Positions 30,942 to 40,154 of a stretch of 64,000 nt of DNA are shown one piece after another. This DNA comes from Candidatus Eiseniibacteriota bacterium (lineage in GTDB: Bacteria > Eisenbacteria > RBG-16-71-46), in assembly GCA_044223005.1 (NCBI GenBank), contig JBGAML010000015.1, positions 56,385 to 120,384 on the forward strand, in the 5' to 3' direction. The translations under genes were made by a program, and so were the position numbers. Positions within the stretch are counted from its first letter, which is position 1. The number at the start of each line of letters is the position of its first letter. The notes beneath the pieces were generated by a model that had not been told where the DNA came from, searched no databases, and worked only from the letters and a program-made list of their open reading frames with translations.

Positions 30942-31730
30942 ATGAGGCAGTTGCTGCGCGTCCGTACGGCTGTAATCGTTTACACCTGCATGCTTTGCGC
31001 GACGGCCGCGTGGGCGACCCCGCCCGCTGTCGCCACGTTCGGGACCAGCTGGGACGGCCCCGGCACGAGCCTGCAGACGATCATCGACAACTACCTCGCT
31101 TCGAGTGGTGCTCCCGCCGGTTCCGTCAACGCGTACACCGACTACATGGGCGCGCATGACCTCGACATCGATCCGTGGTTCTGGGTCGGTCATGACGTGA
31201 ACGCGTTCCTCGTCACCGAGATCGCCGGCAACAAGGACATCAACTCGGTCGGCTGGTACGTCGAGAACGGCGGCGTTCCGGTGCTCTCGGGCAACGGCTC
31301 GACCGACGGCGTCGTGTTCCCCGGTCCGCGAGGCGCGGGCACGAACGCGGTCTTCACGCTTCCGGCGGACCGGACCAAGTTCGGCTTCTACCTCGACACG
31401 CACCGCATGGTCACGGGCCCCAACGGCTCGTTCCCCGAGATCTTCTACACGAACCGCAAGTTCAACGATGCGGGCCGGTACGGTTTCGGTGCCACGCGCG
31501 CGCCGTGGGACGGCGACATCCAGGCGCTCGTCTTCGACGTGTCGCGCTGGAAGGGCCCGAACACGTTCCTCGTCTGCTTCGAGGACCTCGACGCCGGCGA
31601 CACCGTGTCGCCCATCTCGGGCATCGGCACCGACAGCGACTACAACGACTTCGTGTTCCAGGTCACGGCGCTCGGCGCCACGCCGACGAAGTCCCTGACG
31701 TTCGGTGCGCTGAAGGCCCTGTACCGCTGA
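30942..31730 (+). CDS. Secreted DUF4114-like protein with C-terminal TFGALKALYR tail
   Basis: Signal peptide (AWA), FGFYL, CFEDL...DSDYNDFVF as in DUF4114; GAGGAG RBS. Confidence 0.7.
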   Translation: MRQLLRVRTAVIVYTCMLCATAAWATPPAVATFGTSWDGPGTSLQTIIDNYLASSGAPAGSVNAYTDYMGAHDLDIDPWFWVGHDVNAFLVTEIAGNKDINSVGWYVENGGVPVLSGNGSTDGVVFPGPRGAGTNAVFTLPADRTKFGFYLDTHRMVTGPNGSFPEIFYTNRKFNDAGRYGFGATRAPWDGDIQALVFDVSRWKGPNTFLVCFEDLDAGDTVSPISGIGTDSDYNDFVFQVTALGATPTKSLTFGALKALYR

Positions 31731-31765
31731 AATCCCTCGGACGTCCCCCCGTCCGTGTCCCGACC

Positions 31766-31790
31766 AGCGCCCGGCTCTCGCCGGGCGCTT
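31766..31790 (+). terminator. Probable intrinsic terminator
   Basis: AGCGCCCGGC-TCTC-GCCGGGCGCT hairpin after the stop at 31730. Confidence 0.55.
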
Positions 31791-31830
31791 CGTCGTTGAC
31801 GCCCCGTGACGCTTCTCGCATCTTGCCCGC

Positions 31831-32697
31831 ATGCCCATCCTGACGCTCGGTGATTGGACGCTCCATACGCTCGAAGCGGGCGCGCTCTGGCTCGACGGCG
31901 GCGCCATGTTCGGCTCCGTACCGCGGCCGCTCTGGAGCCGCACGAACCCGCCCGACGATCGCAACCGCATCCACCTCGCGATGCGCTGCATGCTGCTCGT
32001 CGGGCATGGCCGCCGCGTCCTCGTGGACGTGGGACTCGGCGACAAGTCGGACGCCAAGTTCCGCGACATCTTCCGCGTCGAGGACGAGCCCCGGCTCGTG
32101 GACTCGCTCGCGGCCGCCGGCTTCGGGCCCGGGGACGTGACGGACGTCGTGCTCACGCACCTGCATTTCGACCACGCCGGCGGTTCCACGGTGCGCACGC
32201 CCGAGGGGCTGGCGCCCTGGCTGCCGCACGCCCGCTGGCACGTGCAGCGGCGCAACTGGGAGAACGCGCACGCGCCCAACCCGCGCGAGCGCGCCTCGTA
32301 CCTGCTCGAGAACTTCGACCCGCTCGAAGCGGCGGGGGTGCTCGAGTTCACGCAGGGCACGGCGTCGCCGTTCCCGGGCGTCACGTTCGTCACCGCCGAG
32401 GGCCACACGCGCGGCCAGCAGCTGGTCCGCGTCGAGGGCGGCGGGCACGTCGCCTACTTCGTCGCCGACCTGATCCCGACCGCCTCGCACGTGCGGATTC
32501 CCTATGTCATGGGCTACGACATCGCCGCCATCGAGACGATGACGGAAAAGGCCGAACTGCTCGCGCGCGCCGCCGACGAGCGCGCGTGGATCGTGCTCGA
32601 GCACGATCCCGTCACGGCTTTCGCCCGGCCCGTGCGCGACGGGCGCGATTTCGGCTGGGACGCGCTCGTGCCCGCGACCGCAGCCACCGCCGACTGA
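31831..32697 (+). CDS. MBL-fold metallo-hydrolase (YtnP-like)
   Basis: LDGGAMFG.VPRPLW, THLHFDHAGG, NPRERASY, GHT.GQQ, ADLIPT, MGYD. Confidence 0.9.
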   Translation: MPILTLGDWTLHTLEAGALWLDGGAMFGSVPRPLWSRTNPPDDRNRIHLAMRCMLLVGHGRRVLVDVGLGDKSDAKFRDIFRVEDEPRLVDSLAAAGFGPGDVTDVVLTHLHFDHAGGSTVRTPEGLAPWLPHARWHVQRRNWENAHAPNPRERASYLLENFDPLEAAGVLEFTQGTASPFPGVTFVTAEGHTRGQQLVRVEGGGHVAYFVADLIPTASHVRIPYVMGYDIAAIETMTEKAELLARAADERAWIVLEHDPVTAFARPVRDGRDFGWDALVPATAATAD

Positions 32698-32729
32698 TTC
32701 CTTCCCCACCCACGCTCTCCGGAGTCCCG

Positions 32730-33380
32730 ATGCTCGACCATCTCTTCCAGGCCTGGATGGGCCTGATCCAGACCTGGGGTTACGCCGGCACGTTCGCGCT
32801 CTGCGTCGTCGGCTTCACGTTCTTCCCGATCCCGATCGAGATCATCGTGCCCTCGGCCGCCTACTGGGCGACGCAGGGACAGACCGACCTGCGGCTCGTG
32901 GCGATCGTGGCCGCGCTCGGCGCGTGGGTCGGGGCGTCGATCGCGTTCTTCGTCGCCCGCTCGGTCGGGCGCGCGATCATCCTCCGCTACGGCAAGTACG
33001 TCCTCGTGCCCGAGAAGAAGTGGCTCCTCGCCGAAGCGTGGATCCTCCACTACTCGGCGGTGGGCGTCTTCTTCGCGCAGCTGCTGCCGATCGTCCGCCA
33101 TGTGGTCTCGCTGCCGGCCGGCGCCGCGCGCATGAAGTGGCGCACGTTCTCGCTCGCGTTCCTGCTCGGATCGATCGTGGAGTGCAGCCTGCTCGCGTGG
33201 TTCGGCGCGCAGGTGCTCGGAGACCAGAAGGACCTGATGAACAACCCGCGCGTGCTCCGCGACGCCATCGAGGCCAAGCTGTGGTGGGTGATCGTGGCGG
33301 CGATCGTCGTCGTACTGCTCTACGTGACCATGGACCTGCTCGGGCGGCGCGCGAAGGCCGCGGCGGGGACGCGGCATTGA
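32730..33380 (+). CDS. DedA family membrane protein
   Basis: PIPIEI, RYGKY, LLPIVRHVVSLPAG..RMKW. Confidence 0.85.
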   Translation: MLDHLFQAWMGLIQTWGYAGTFALCVVGFTFFPIPIEIIVPSAAYWATQGQTDLRLVAIVAALGAWVGASIAFFVARSVGRAIILRYGKYVLVPEKKWLLAEAWILHYSAVGVFFAQLLPIVRHVVSLPAGAARMKWRTFSLAFLLGSIVECSLLAWFGAQVLGDQKDLMNNPRVLRDAIEAKLWWVIVAAIVVVLLYVTMDLLGRRAKAAAGTRH

Positions 33381-34621
33381 CCACCGCCGAACGGGGTGCG
33401 CGGCTCGCCCTGGGGGCGCTGCTCGCGCTGGCCGCTCCGGCCGGTGCCGCGGACCAGGAGACGATCTTCGTGGTCAACCCGACGACGACGAAAGTGACGT
33501 TCGTGGTCAAGGCGCCGGCGTCCACTCCCGCGGGGGAGACGCTCTGGATCTCGGGCGACCGCGCCGAACTCGGCAACTGGAGCGGGCAGGGGCTCGCGCT
33601 CGCCGCCGCGGGCGAGCGGACGTGGACGGCGACGATCGGCCTGCCGGTGGGGGCTACGTTCGAGTACAAGGTGACACGCGGCGACTGGAACCGTGTCGAG
33701 AAGGACGCGCACGGCGGCGAGGTCGCCAACCGGCAGTGGACGGTGCGGACGAGCGACACGCTGCGGATCGAGGTCGCCACGTGGCGCGACCAGGTCGAGG
33801 CGCCGGGAAGTGCGGCGCGGCCGCACACGCTCACGGGTGACGTGCGCCGGCACCCGGCGTTCGCGTCGCGTCACGTCACCCCGCGCGACGTGCTCGTCTG
33901 GCTGCCGCCGGGCTACGACGTGCAGTCCGCGCGCCGCTACCCGGTCGTCTACTTCCTCGACGGGCAGAACGTGTTCGACGGGGCCACCAGCTTCATCCCG
34001 GGCGAGGAGTGGGGCGCCGACGAGGCCGCCGACCGGCTCGTGCGCTCGGGCCGGATGGCGCCCTGCATCCTGGTCGCGGTGCCCAACAGCAGCGCGCGCA
34101 TCGACGAGTACACGTGGGTGCCCGATCCCGGGCACGGCGGGGGCAAGGCCGCGGCGCACCAGCGGTTCCTGCTCGAGGAGCTGAAGCCGTTCGTGGACCG
34201 CACCTACCGCACGCTCCCGGACGCGGCGCACACCGGCGTCGTCGGCAGCTCGCTGGGCGGGCTCGCGGCGCTCGACCTGCTGCTCGAGCATCCCGAGGCC
34301 GTGAGCATGGCCGGCGTCGTGTCGCCCGCCGTGTGGTGGGCCGGCAACGAGATCGTGACGCGCACCCTCGCGGGCCACGGCCACACGGGACGCGTCTGGG
34401 TCGACATCGGCACCGCCGAGGGCTCGGCGAAGGCGACCGAGCCGCAGCCGTGGCTCGAGGGCGCCCGCGCCCTCCGGGACGCGTTACAGAAACGCGGTTG
34501 GCGGGAGGACGTCGACCTGCATTACGAGGAGATCGAGGGCGCCCGGCACAACGAGGCCGCGTGGCGCGCGCGGGTCGACCGCGTCCTGCTTTTCCTGGTC
34601 GGCCCGGCCGCCGGGCGCTGA
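33377..34621 (+). CDS. Secreted CBM20-like domain + alpha/beta-hydrolase (putative esterase)
   Basis: TTG start overlaps the dedA stop; signal peptide; ISGD..ELGNW, FEYKVTRGDW; YPVVYFLDGQNVF, GSSLGG nucleophile elbow, HNEAAW. Confidence 0.82.
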   Translation: MTTAERGARLALGALLALAAPAGAADQETIFVVNPTTTKVTFVVKAPASTPAGETLWISGDRAELGNWSGQGLALAAAGERTWTATIGLPVGATFEYKVTRGDWNRVEKDAHGGEVANRQWTVRTSDTLRIEVATWRDQVEAPGSAARPHTLTGDVRRHPAFASRHVTPRDVLVWLPPGYDVQSARRYPVVYFLDGQNVFDGATSFIPGEEWGADEAADRLVRSGRMAPCILVAVPNSSARIDEYTWVPDPGHGGGKAAAHQRFLLEELKPFVDRTYRTLPDAAHTGVVGSSLGGLAALDLLLEHPEAVSMAGVVSPAVWWAGNEIVTRTLAGHGHTGRVWVDIGTAEGSAKATEPQPWLEGARALRDALQKRGWREDVDLHYEEIEGARHNEAAWRARVDRVLLFLVGPAAGR

Positions 34622-34731
34622 GGCGCGCCCGGCGTGCACCGCCGGGGGCGCCGCGGGTTGATTCGGGGAAGTCGCGTGGGCTAACGTCCGCGGCACTCCG
34701 CAGTCCCCTTCCTCGATCCCGGAACGCTCCC

Positions 34732-35835
34732 ATGCCATCGGTCGAACTCGTCCAACTCGGCAAGATCTACGGCCGCGGCCAGAAGGCGGTCGACGGCGTC
34801 TCGCTGCACATTCGCGACGGTGAGTTCCTCGTGCTCGTCGGCCCGTCGGGCTGCGGCAAGTCCACCGTGCTGCGCATGGTGGCCGGGCTCGAGGACATCT
34901 CCGAGGGGCAGGTCAAGATCGGCGAGCGCGTCGTGAACGACGTGGCGCCCAAGGATCGCGACGTCGCCATGGTGTTCCAGAACTACGCGCTCTACCCGCA
35001 CATGAGCGTGTTCGAGAACATGGCGTTCGGGCTCCGGCGGCGGAAGCTCCCCGACGCCGAGGTCCAGCAGAAGGTGAACGAGACGGCCGAGATCCTCGGC
35101 CTGTCGACCTACCTGCAGCGGCGGCCGCGCGAGTTGTCGGGCGGCGAGCGCCAGCGCGTCGCACTCGGCCGCGCCATGGTGCGAAAGCCGCAGGTCTTCT
35201 TGTTCGACGAGCCGCTCTCGAATCTCGACGCCAAGCTGCGCGTGCAGATGCGCGCCGAGATCAAGCGCCTGCACCAGCGCGTCGGCGCCACGATGATCTA
35301 CGTGACGCACGACCAGGTCGAAGCCATGACCCTCGGCGACCGGATCGCGGTGATGCGCAAGGGCGTGCTGCAGCAGTGCGCCGACCCGTTCACGCTGTAC
35401 ACCGCGCCCGCGAACCAGTTCGTCGCCGGGTTCATCGGCAGCCCGCCGATCAATTTCTTCACGGCGACGCTCTCCGCCGACGGCACCCAGCTCGACGCGA
35501 GCGGCGTGAAGCTGCCGATGCCCGAGCCGCTCCGCGGCGCGGCGGCCGGCCTCAGGGGCCGCCCCGTGAACGTGGGCGTCCGGCCCGAGGACCTGGTGCT
35601 GGAGCCCGTCCCGGGCGGCGGCGCGATTCCCGCCACGGTCGAGGTGCGCGAGCCGCTCGGCAACGAGACGCTCGTCCACTGGAAGAGCCCGGTCGGCGAG
35701 ATCGTCTCCCGCGTGCCCGGCCAGACCGCGCCGGCCGTGGGGGAGAAAGCCACGCTCCACTGCTCGCTCGCCAAGATGCACGTGTTCGATCCTACGAACG
35801 AGCACGCCATCGCGCCCGAGGCCGTGCACGCCTGA
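34732..35835 (+). CDS. malK: Sugar ABC transporter ATP-binding subunit (MalK/MsmK/UgpC type)
   Basis: GPSGCGKST, VFQNYALYPHM, LSGGERQR, DEPLSNLDAKLR, YVTHDQVEAMT, C-terminal TOBE domain. Confidence 0.92.
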   Translation: MPSVELVQLGKIYGRGQKAVDGVSLHIRDGEFLVLVGPSGCGKSTVLRMVAGLEDISEGQVKIGERVVNDVAPKDRDVAMVFQNYALYPHMSVFENMAFGLRRRKLPDAEVQQKVNETAEILGLSTYLQRRPRELSGGERQRVALGRAMVRKPQVFLFDEPLSNLDAKLRVQMRAEIKRLHQRVGATMIYVTHDQVEAMTLGDRIAVMRKGVLQQCADPFTLYTAPANQFVAGFIGSPPINFFTATLSADGTQLDASGVKLPMPEPLRGAAAGLRGRPVNVGVRPEDLVLEPVPGGGAIPATVEVREPLGNETLVHWKSPVGEIVSRVPGQTAPAVGEKATLHCSLAKMHVFDPTNEHAIAPEAVHA

Positions 35836-35855
35836 GCGAAGCCGCAGAAACGACC

Positions 35856-35886
35856 AGGGCCCCGGCGCCAGCGGCGCCGGGGCCCT
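35856..35886. terminator. Hairpin between convergent malK and GH13 genes
   Basis: Perfect 14-bp stem AGGGCCCCGGCGCC-AGC-GGCGCCGGGGCCCT. Confidence 0.65.
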
Positions 35887-35907
35887 TCGCGTTCCCGGGG
35901 ATCGGGG

Positions 35908-38562
35908 CTACTTCACGACCTGGTAGATCCGCCCGGTCGCGCCCGGCAGCGGCAGCTTCGCCTTGCCGGTCCACGTGGCCGCGGCGCCCGTCATGGCGTC
36001 GACGACCTTCACCGTGCCGCCCCAGCGGGCGAGGTCCAGTGACACCTCGGCGGGCTGCCGGCCGGCGTTCATCACGACGACGAACTCCTCGCCGGCCGCC
36101 TTGCGCGCGTACGCGTAGGTCATGCCGTCGGCCGCCAGCGTCGCGAACGAGCCGGTGCGCAGCGCGGCGTGCGCGTTGCGGAGCGCGCCGAGCTTCGCGT
36201 ACCAGTCGTGCATCGCCTTGCGCTTCGCGTCCTGCTCCCAGCTCCACGGGAACGGGCGCCGGCAGTCGGGATCGCGCTGGCCTTCCAGCGCCACCTCGTC
36301 GCCGTAGTAGATCGACGGCGCGCCGATGTAGGTCATCTGGAAGAGCGCGGCCAGCATGAGCCGGTTCACGTCGCCGCCGGCCTGGGTCAGGAAGCGGACC
36401 GTGTCGTGGCTGTCGATCAGGTTCATCTGCGCTTCGACGGCCTGGCTCGGGTAGGCGAGCCGGCCCGTGGCGAGCGCGGCGTCGAACTCCGCGGCCGAAC
36501 CCTGCGCGCTGGCGACGAACTTGAGCACCGGGTCGCGGAAGTAGGCGTAGTTCATGACGGCGTCGTACACGCCGGGGCGCACGTACTCGGTCGCGTTCCC
36601 CCACAGCTCGCCGATGATGTACGCGTCGGGCTTCACCGACTTCACGCGCTGGTTGAAGAGCTTCCAGAACCAGAACGGCACCTCGTTGGGCACGTCGAGC
36701 CGCACGCCGTCCACGTCCGCGTCGTGCAGCCAGTACGCGGTCGTGTCCAGCAGGTAGCGGACGAGCGACACGTTGGGCTGCGCGTCCTTCACGTCCTTCA
36801 CCGGGATCTCGGCCTTGTCGTCGCGCGACAGGTCGAAGTTCAGGTCCGGCAGGTCGCCGTAGCCCCACCAGCACGTGTAGTAGTCGCCCGGCTTCCACGC
36901 GTGGTCCACGGCGGGCCAGCCCGCGGGCAGCGGCCACTTCTTGAACTCGAACCAGCTCCAGTACGGGCTCTTGTCGCCCTTCTCGACCGCGTCGCGGAAG
37001 GCGAAGTTCGAGTTGCCGCAGTGGTTGTAGACGATGTCGAGGATCACGCGGATGCCCTTCGCGTGTGCCTCCTTCACGAACGTGACGAACTCGGCGTTCG
37101 AGCCGAAGTGCGGATCGATCTTGCCGTAGTCGGCGGCGTCGTACTTGTGCGTCGACTTGGCCTCGAAGATCGGGTTGAAGTAGATGATCGTGACCCCGAG
37201 CCCCTTCAGGTAGTCGAGCTTCTGGCGCACGCCCTCGATGTCGCCGCCGTAGAACGCCATCCAGTCGCGGTGGTCGGGCGTGTGCGGGCACTGCGTCAGC
37301 GCCGCGACGTCGTTCCAGTCCTTGACGAGGTGGTAGTACTCCTGGAAGTCGGTGTTCAGCACGCCGGACGCCGGCAACGCGCGCTTGCCCTCGTAGTACC
37401 ACTCGTGGAAGTCCGGATCGTTCGCCGGGTTCCCGTTGCGGAACCGGTCGGGGAAGATCTGGTAGATGATGCCGTTCTTCACCCAGTCGGGGGTCACGAA
37501 GGGCGTGAACTTCGCGGCGTCGAACGTGAACTTCGCGGCCGGTGCGTCCGCGAGGCCGCCGGCTCCGAGCCACACGGGCTTCACGCCGTCGCGGTAGCGG
37601 AACGCGTAGGGCGTCGCACCCGCGGGCATGACGACCTCGGCGCGGAAGTACTCGTAGCTCTTGTCCTGGTTGACCGGCGCCATCGGGGTGACGACTTCCT
37701 TGCCCGCGCGCCAGGTGACCAGGTCCACGCCCTGCACGTCGTCGAGGTGGGCGCGGGCCGTGAACTGCACCCGGCCGCCGCCCATCGCGTTGACCTCGTT
37801 GGCCGCCTGCGTGTGCGCGATGCCGTCCGCGAACACCTTGCCGTCGCCCTTCTTCACGGCGATCGACGCGTAGCGGTCGTCGACGTTGCGGATCGAGTTC
37901 TTGCCGCCGTAGCCGTCGTCGGCGTCGGCGTCCTGGCCGGCCTTGTCCTGCGTCCAGCCGCCGGAACCGATCACGAACTTGTACTGGTAGCTGCCCGGCG
38001 CCAGCAGGAGCGTGGTGCTGTAGCGCCCCTCGGCATCGGGGCCCGTGAGGATCGTCTTGCCGACGCCCCAGTCGTTGAACGTGCCGGCCAGCGAGATCGG
38101 GTCGGAGGTGGGCTTGTCGGGCTTGAACGTGAACGGCACGCTGCGCAGGCCCATCTTGGGCGCCACGACCTTCTTCACGGTCGTGCCGTAGCCCACGACG
38201 AGTGGCTGGGCCGCCACCACGACGACGGCGTTCTGGCCGCCGTAGCCGTCCGGCTCGGACTCGGCCGCGGACTCGTCGGTCATCCACTGGTCGCCGTTGA
38301 CGACGAACTTGTAGGTGACGCGGCCGGGCGCGAGGTCGTAGTCGGCGCTCCAGATGCCGTCCTTGTCGTCGTCCTTGAGCGGGTGATCGCTGGCGTTCCA
38401 GCCATTGAAGCTGCCGGCGACGGTGACGGACGTCACGCCGCCGATCACGGGCTGGTAGCGGAAGGTGACCTGGGTGGCCTCTGCGGAGCCCACGCCGACG
38501 AGCGCGGCCGCGAGCACGAGGCCGAGCGCCGCGAGCGCGGCGCGCGGACGGAAGAGCTTCAT
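35908..38562 (-). CDS. Secreted GH13 glycosidase (neopullulanase/cyclomaltodextrinase-like) with two N-terminal CBM48/AMPK-type domains
   Basis: Signal peptide; IYQIFPDRF, YGGDIEG, HKYD, DIVYNH, DGVRLDVP, GELW, DSHDT, DPDCRRPFPW; two VAGSFN.W...YKFV..DGYGG.N modules. Confidence 0.92.
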   Translation of the reverse strand: MKLFRPRAALAALGLVLAAALVGVGSAEATQVTFRYQPVIGGVTSVTVAGSFNGWNASDHPLKDDDKDGIWSADYDLAPGRVTYKFVVNGDQWMTDESAAESEPDGYGGQNAVVVVAAQPLVVGYGTTVKKVVAPKMGLRSVPFTFKPDKPTSDPISLAGTFNDWGVGKTILTGPDAEGRYSTTLLLAPGSYQYKFVIGSGGWTQDKAGQDADADDGYGGKNSIRNVDDRYASIAVKKGDGKVFADGIAHTQAANEVNAMGGGRVQFTARAHLDDVQGVDLVTWRAGKEVVTPMAPVNQDKSYEYFRAEVVMPAGATPYAFRYRDGVKPVWLGAGGLADAPAAKFTFDAAKFTPFVTPDWVKNGIIYQIFPDRFRNGNPANDPDFHEWYYEGKRALPASGVLNTDFQEYYHLVKDWNDVAALTQCPHTPDHRDWMAFYGGDIEGVRQKLDYLKGLGVTIIYFNPIFEAKSTHKYDAADYGKIDPHFGSNAEFVTFVKEAHAKGIRVILDIVYNHCGNSNFAFRDAVEKGDKSPYWSWFEFKKWPLPAGWPAVDHAWKPGDYYTCWWGYGDLPDLNFDLSRDDKAEIPVKDVKDAQPNVSLVRYLLDTTAYWLHDADVDGVRLDVPNEVPFWFWKLFNQRVKSVKPDAYIIGELWGNATEYVRPGVYDAVMNYAYFRDPVLKFVASAQGSAAEFDAALATGRLAYPSQAVEAQMNLIDSHDTVRFLTQAGGDVNRLMLAALFQMTYIGAPSIYYGDEVALEGQRDPDCRRPFPWSWEQDAKRKAMHDWYAKLGALRNAHAALRTGSFATLAADGMTYAYARKAAGEEFVVVMNAGRQPAEVSLDLARWGGTVKVVDAMTGAAATWTGKAKLPLPGATGRIYQVVK

Positions 38563-38610
38563 CGCGACATCTCCCGGGAAAAGCGCCGGCGCGGACGCGG
38601 CGGCGCGGGC

Positions 38611-38646
38611 GAAACGAAAAGGCGCCGGGCCGTGCGGCCCGGCGCC
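38611..38646 (-). terminator. Intra-operon intrinsic terminator between the 4xCBM48 lipoprotein and GH13
   Basis: GGCGCCGGGCC-GCAC-GGCCCGGCGCC followed by TTTTCGTTTC on the minus strand. Confidence 0.65.
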
Positions 38647-38656
38647 CGAGTTCACT

Positions 38657-40150
38657 CTACTTCACCGTGACGACGCTGTTCTTGCCGCCGAAGCCGTCGT
38701 CTTTCGCCTGGGGATTGCCCTCGTCCTGCTTCCAGTTCGAGCCGTCGACGAGGAATTTGTACCCGTACGTGCCGGCCGCGAGCTTGCGCGTGACCGTCCA
38801 CGTGCCGTCGGGCTGCTGCGTCATCGGGTCCGCCGTGGTCGCCCAGTTGTTGAAATCGCCGCAGAGGGCGACGCCCGTCTTCGCGGGGCCGGCGTACGTG
38901 AAAACGACGCCGTTCGCCGTCGGCTGCGGGGGCGTCGGATGCGCGCCCGCCGCGAGCGGCTTGATCGCGCCGGCCGGGGCTGCCGCCGCTGCCGCCGCCG
39001 CGGGAGCCGCGGCCGCCGCACCGTCGCCGACCACGACGAGGGAGTTCTTGCCGCCGTAGCCGTCGTCGACGAACTCCTTGGCGTTCGGATCTTCCTTCCA
39101 CGTGCCGCCGTCGACGACGAACTTGTACTGGTACTTGCCGGCGGGGAGGGACTTGGTGAGCGTGAAGGAGCCGTCGGCCTGCTTCTGCATCGGGTCGGCC
39201 GAGGTGCTCCACGAGTTGAACTCGCCCGCGAGGTTCACGGTGTTGCCGCCGCCCGTGTACTTGAACACGACGCCGTTCGCCGTCACGGCCGGCGCGGTGC
39301 CCGTCGCCGCGGGCTTCGCTGCCGGGGCCGCGGCCGCTGCGGCCGGAGCCGCCGCCGCGCCCTCGCCGACCACCACGACGGCGTTCTTGCCGCCGTAGCC
39401 GTCGTCGGCGAACTCCTTGGCGTTCGGATCTTCCTTCCACGTGCCGCCGTCGACGACGAACTTGTACTGGTACTTGCCGGCGGGGAGGGACTTGGTGAGC
39501 GTGAAGGAGCCGTCGGCCTGTTTCTGCATCGGGTCGGCCGAGGTGCTCCAGGAGTTGAACTCGCCCGCGAGGTTCACGGTGTTGCCGCCGCCCGTGTACT
39601 TGAACACGACGCCGTTCGCGGTGACCGCCGGACCGGTGCCCGTGGCCGTGGCCGCGGCGGGCTTGGCCGCCGGGGCCGCGGCCGCGGGAGCCGCCGCCGT
39701 ACCGGTGCCACCCACGACGACGACGGAGTTCTTGCCGCCGTAGCCGTCGTCGGCCGTCTCGGGCGCGTCCGGATCGGGCTTCCAGTTGCTGCCGTCGACC
39801 ACGAACTTGTACTGGTACTTGCCGGCCGGAAGCGTCTTGGTGAGGCTCCACGTGCCGTCGCCCTGCTTCTGCATCGGGTCGGCGGACGTGTTCCAGGAGT
39901 TGAACTCGCCCGCGACGGCGACCGAGTTGCCTTCGCCGGCCCACACGAACACCGCGCCGCTCGCGGTCGCGTGCGTCGCCTTGGCGTTCGTGGCCTTCGC
40001 GGCGGGAGCGGCCGCCGGTGCGGCCGCGGCGACGGCACTGCCGCCGGTGTCGGCCCATTCGGCGGGCACGGCACCGCCGCGCCAGCCGCCGGCGCAGCCG
40101 GCGAGCAGGGGAAGGATGCAGAGGAGCGCGAGGAAGCGCGGGGCGTTCAT
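38657..40150 (-). CDS. Lipoprotein with four tandem CBM48/AMPK-type glycogen-binding domains and Ala/Pro linkers; no catalytic domain
   Basis: Lipobox LAGC; four copies of AGEFNSW..ADPM....G..Y.YKF.VDG..WK.D...DDG(Y/F)GGKN. Confidence 0.88.
   Translation of the reverse strand: MNAPRFLALLCILPLLAGCAGGWRGGAVPAEWADTGGSAVAAAAPAAAPAAKATNAKATHATASGAVFVWAGEGNSVAVAGEFNSWNTSADPMQKQGDGTWSLTKTLPAGKYQYKFVVDGSNWKPDPDAPETADDGYGGKNSVVVVGGTGTAAAPAAAAPAAKPAAATATGTGPAVTANGVVFKYTGGGNTVNLAGEFNSWSTSADPMQKQADGSFTLTKSLPAGKYQYKFVVDGGTWKEDPNAKEFADDGYGGKNAVVVVGEGAAAAPAAAAAAPAAKPAATGTAPAVTANGVVFKYTGGGNTVNLAGEFNSWSTSADPMQKQADGSFTLTKSLPAGKYQYKFVVDGGTWKEDPNAKEFVDDGYGGKNSLVVVGDGAAAAAPAAAAAAAAPAGAIKPLAAGAHPTPPQPTANGVVFTYAGPAKTGVALCGDFNNWATTADPMTQQPDGTWTVTRKLAAGTYGYKFLVDGSNWKQDEGNPQAKDDGFGGKNSVVTVK
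39045..39619. repeat. Near-identical direct repeat (about 236 bp, offset 339) encoding CBM48 modules 2 and 3
   Basis: 39045-39280 versus 39384-39619; I counted three mismatches by eye. Confidence 0.85.
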
Positions 40151-40154
40151 GGCG

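Noticed and set aside
39045..39920. Repeats as a CRISPR array or mobile repeat
   Set aside because: They are long, in-frame, protein-coding CBM48 modules with no repeat-spacer structure and no cas genes.
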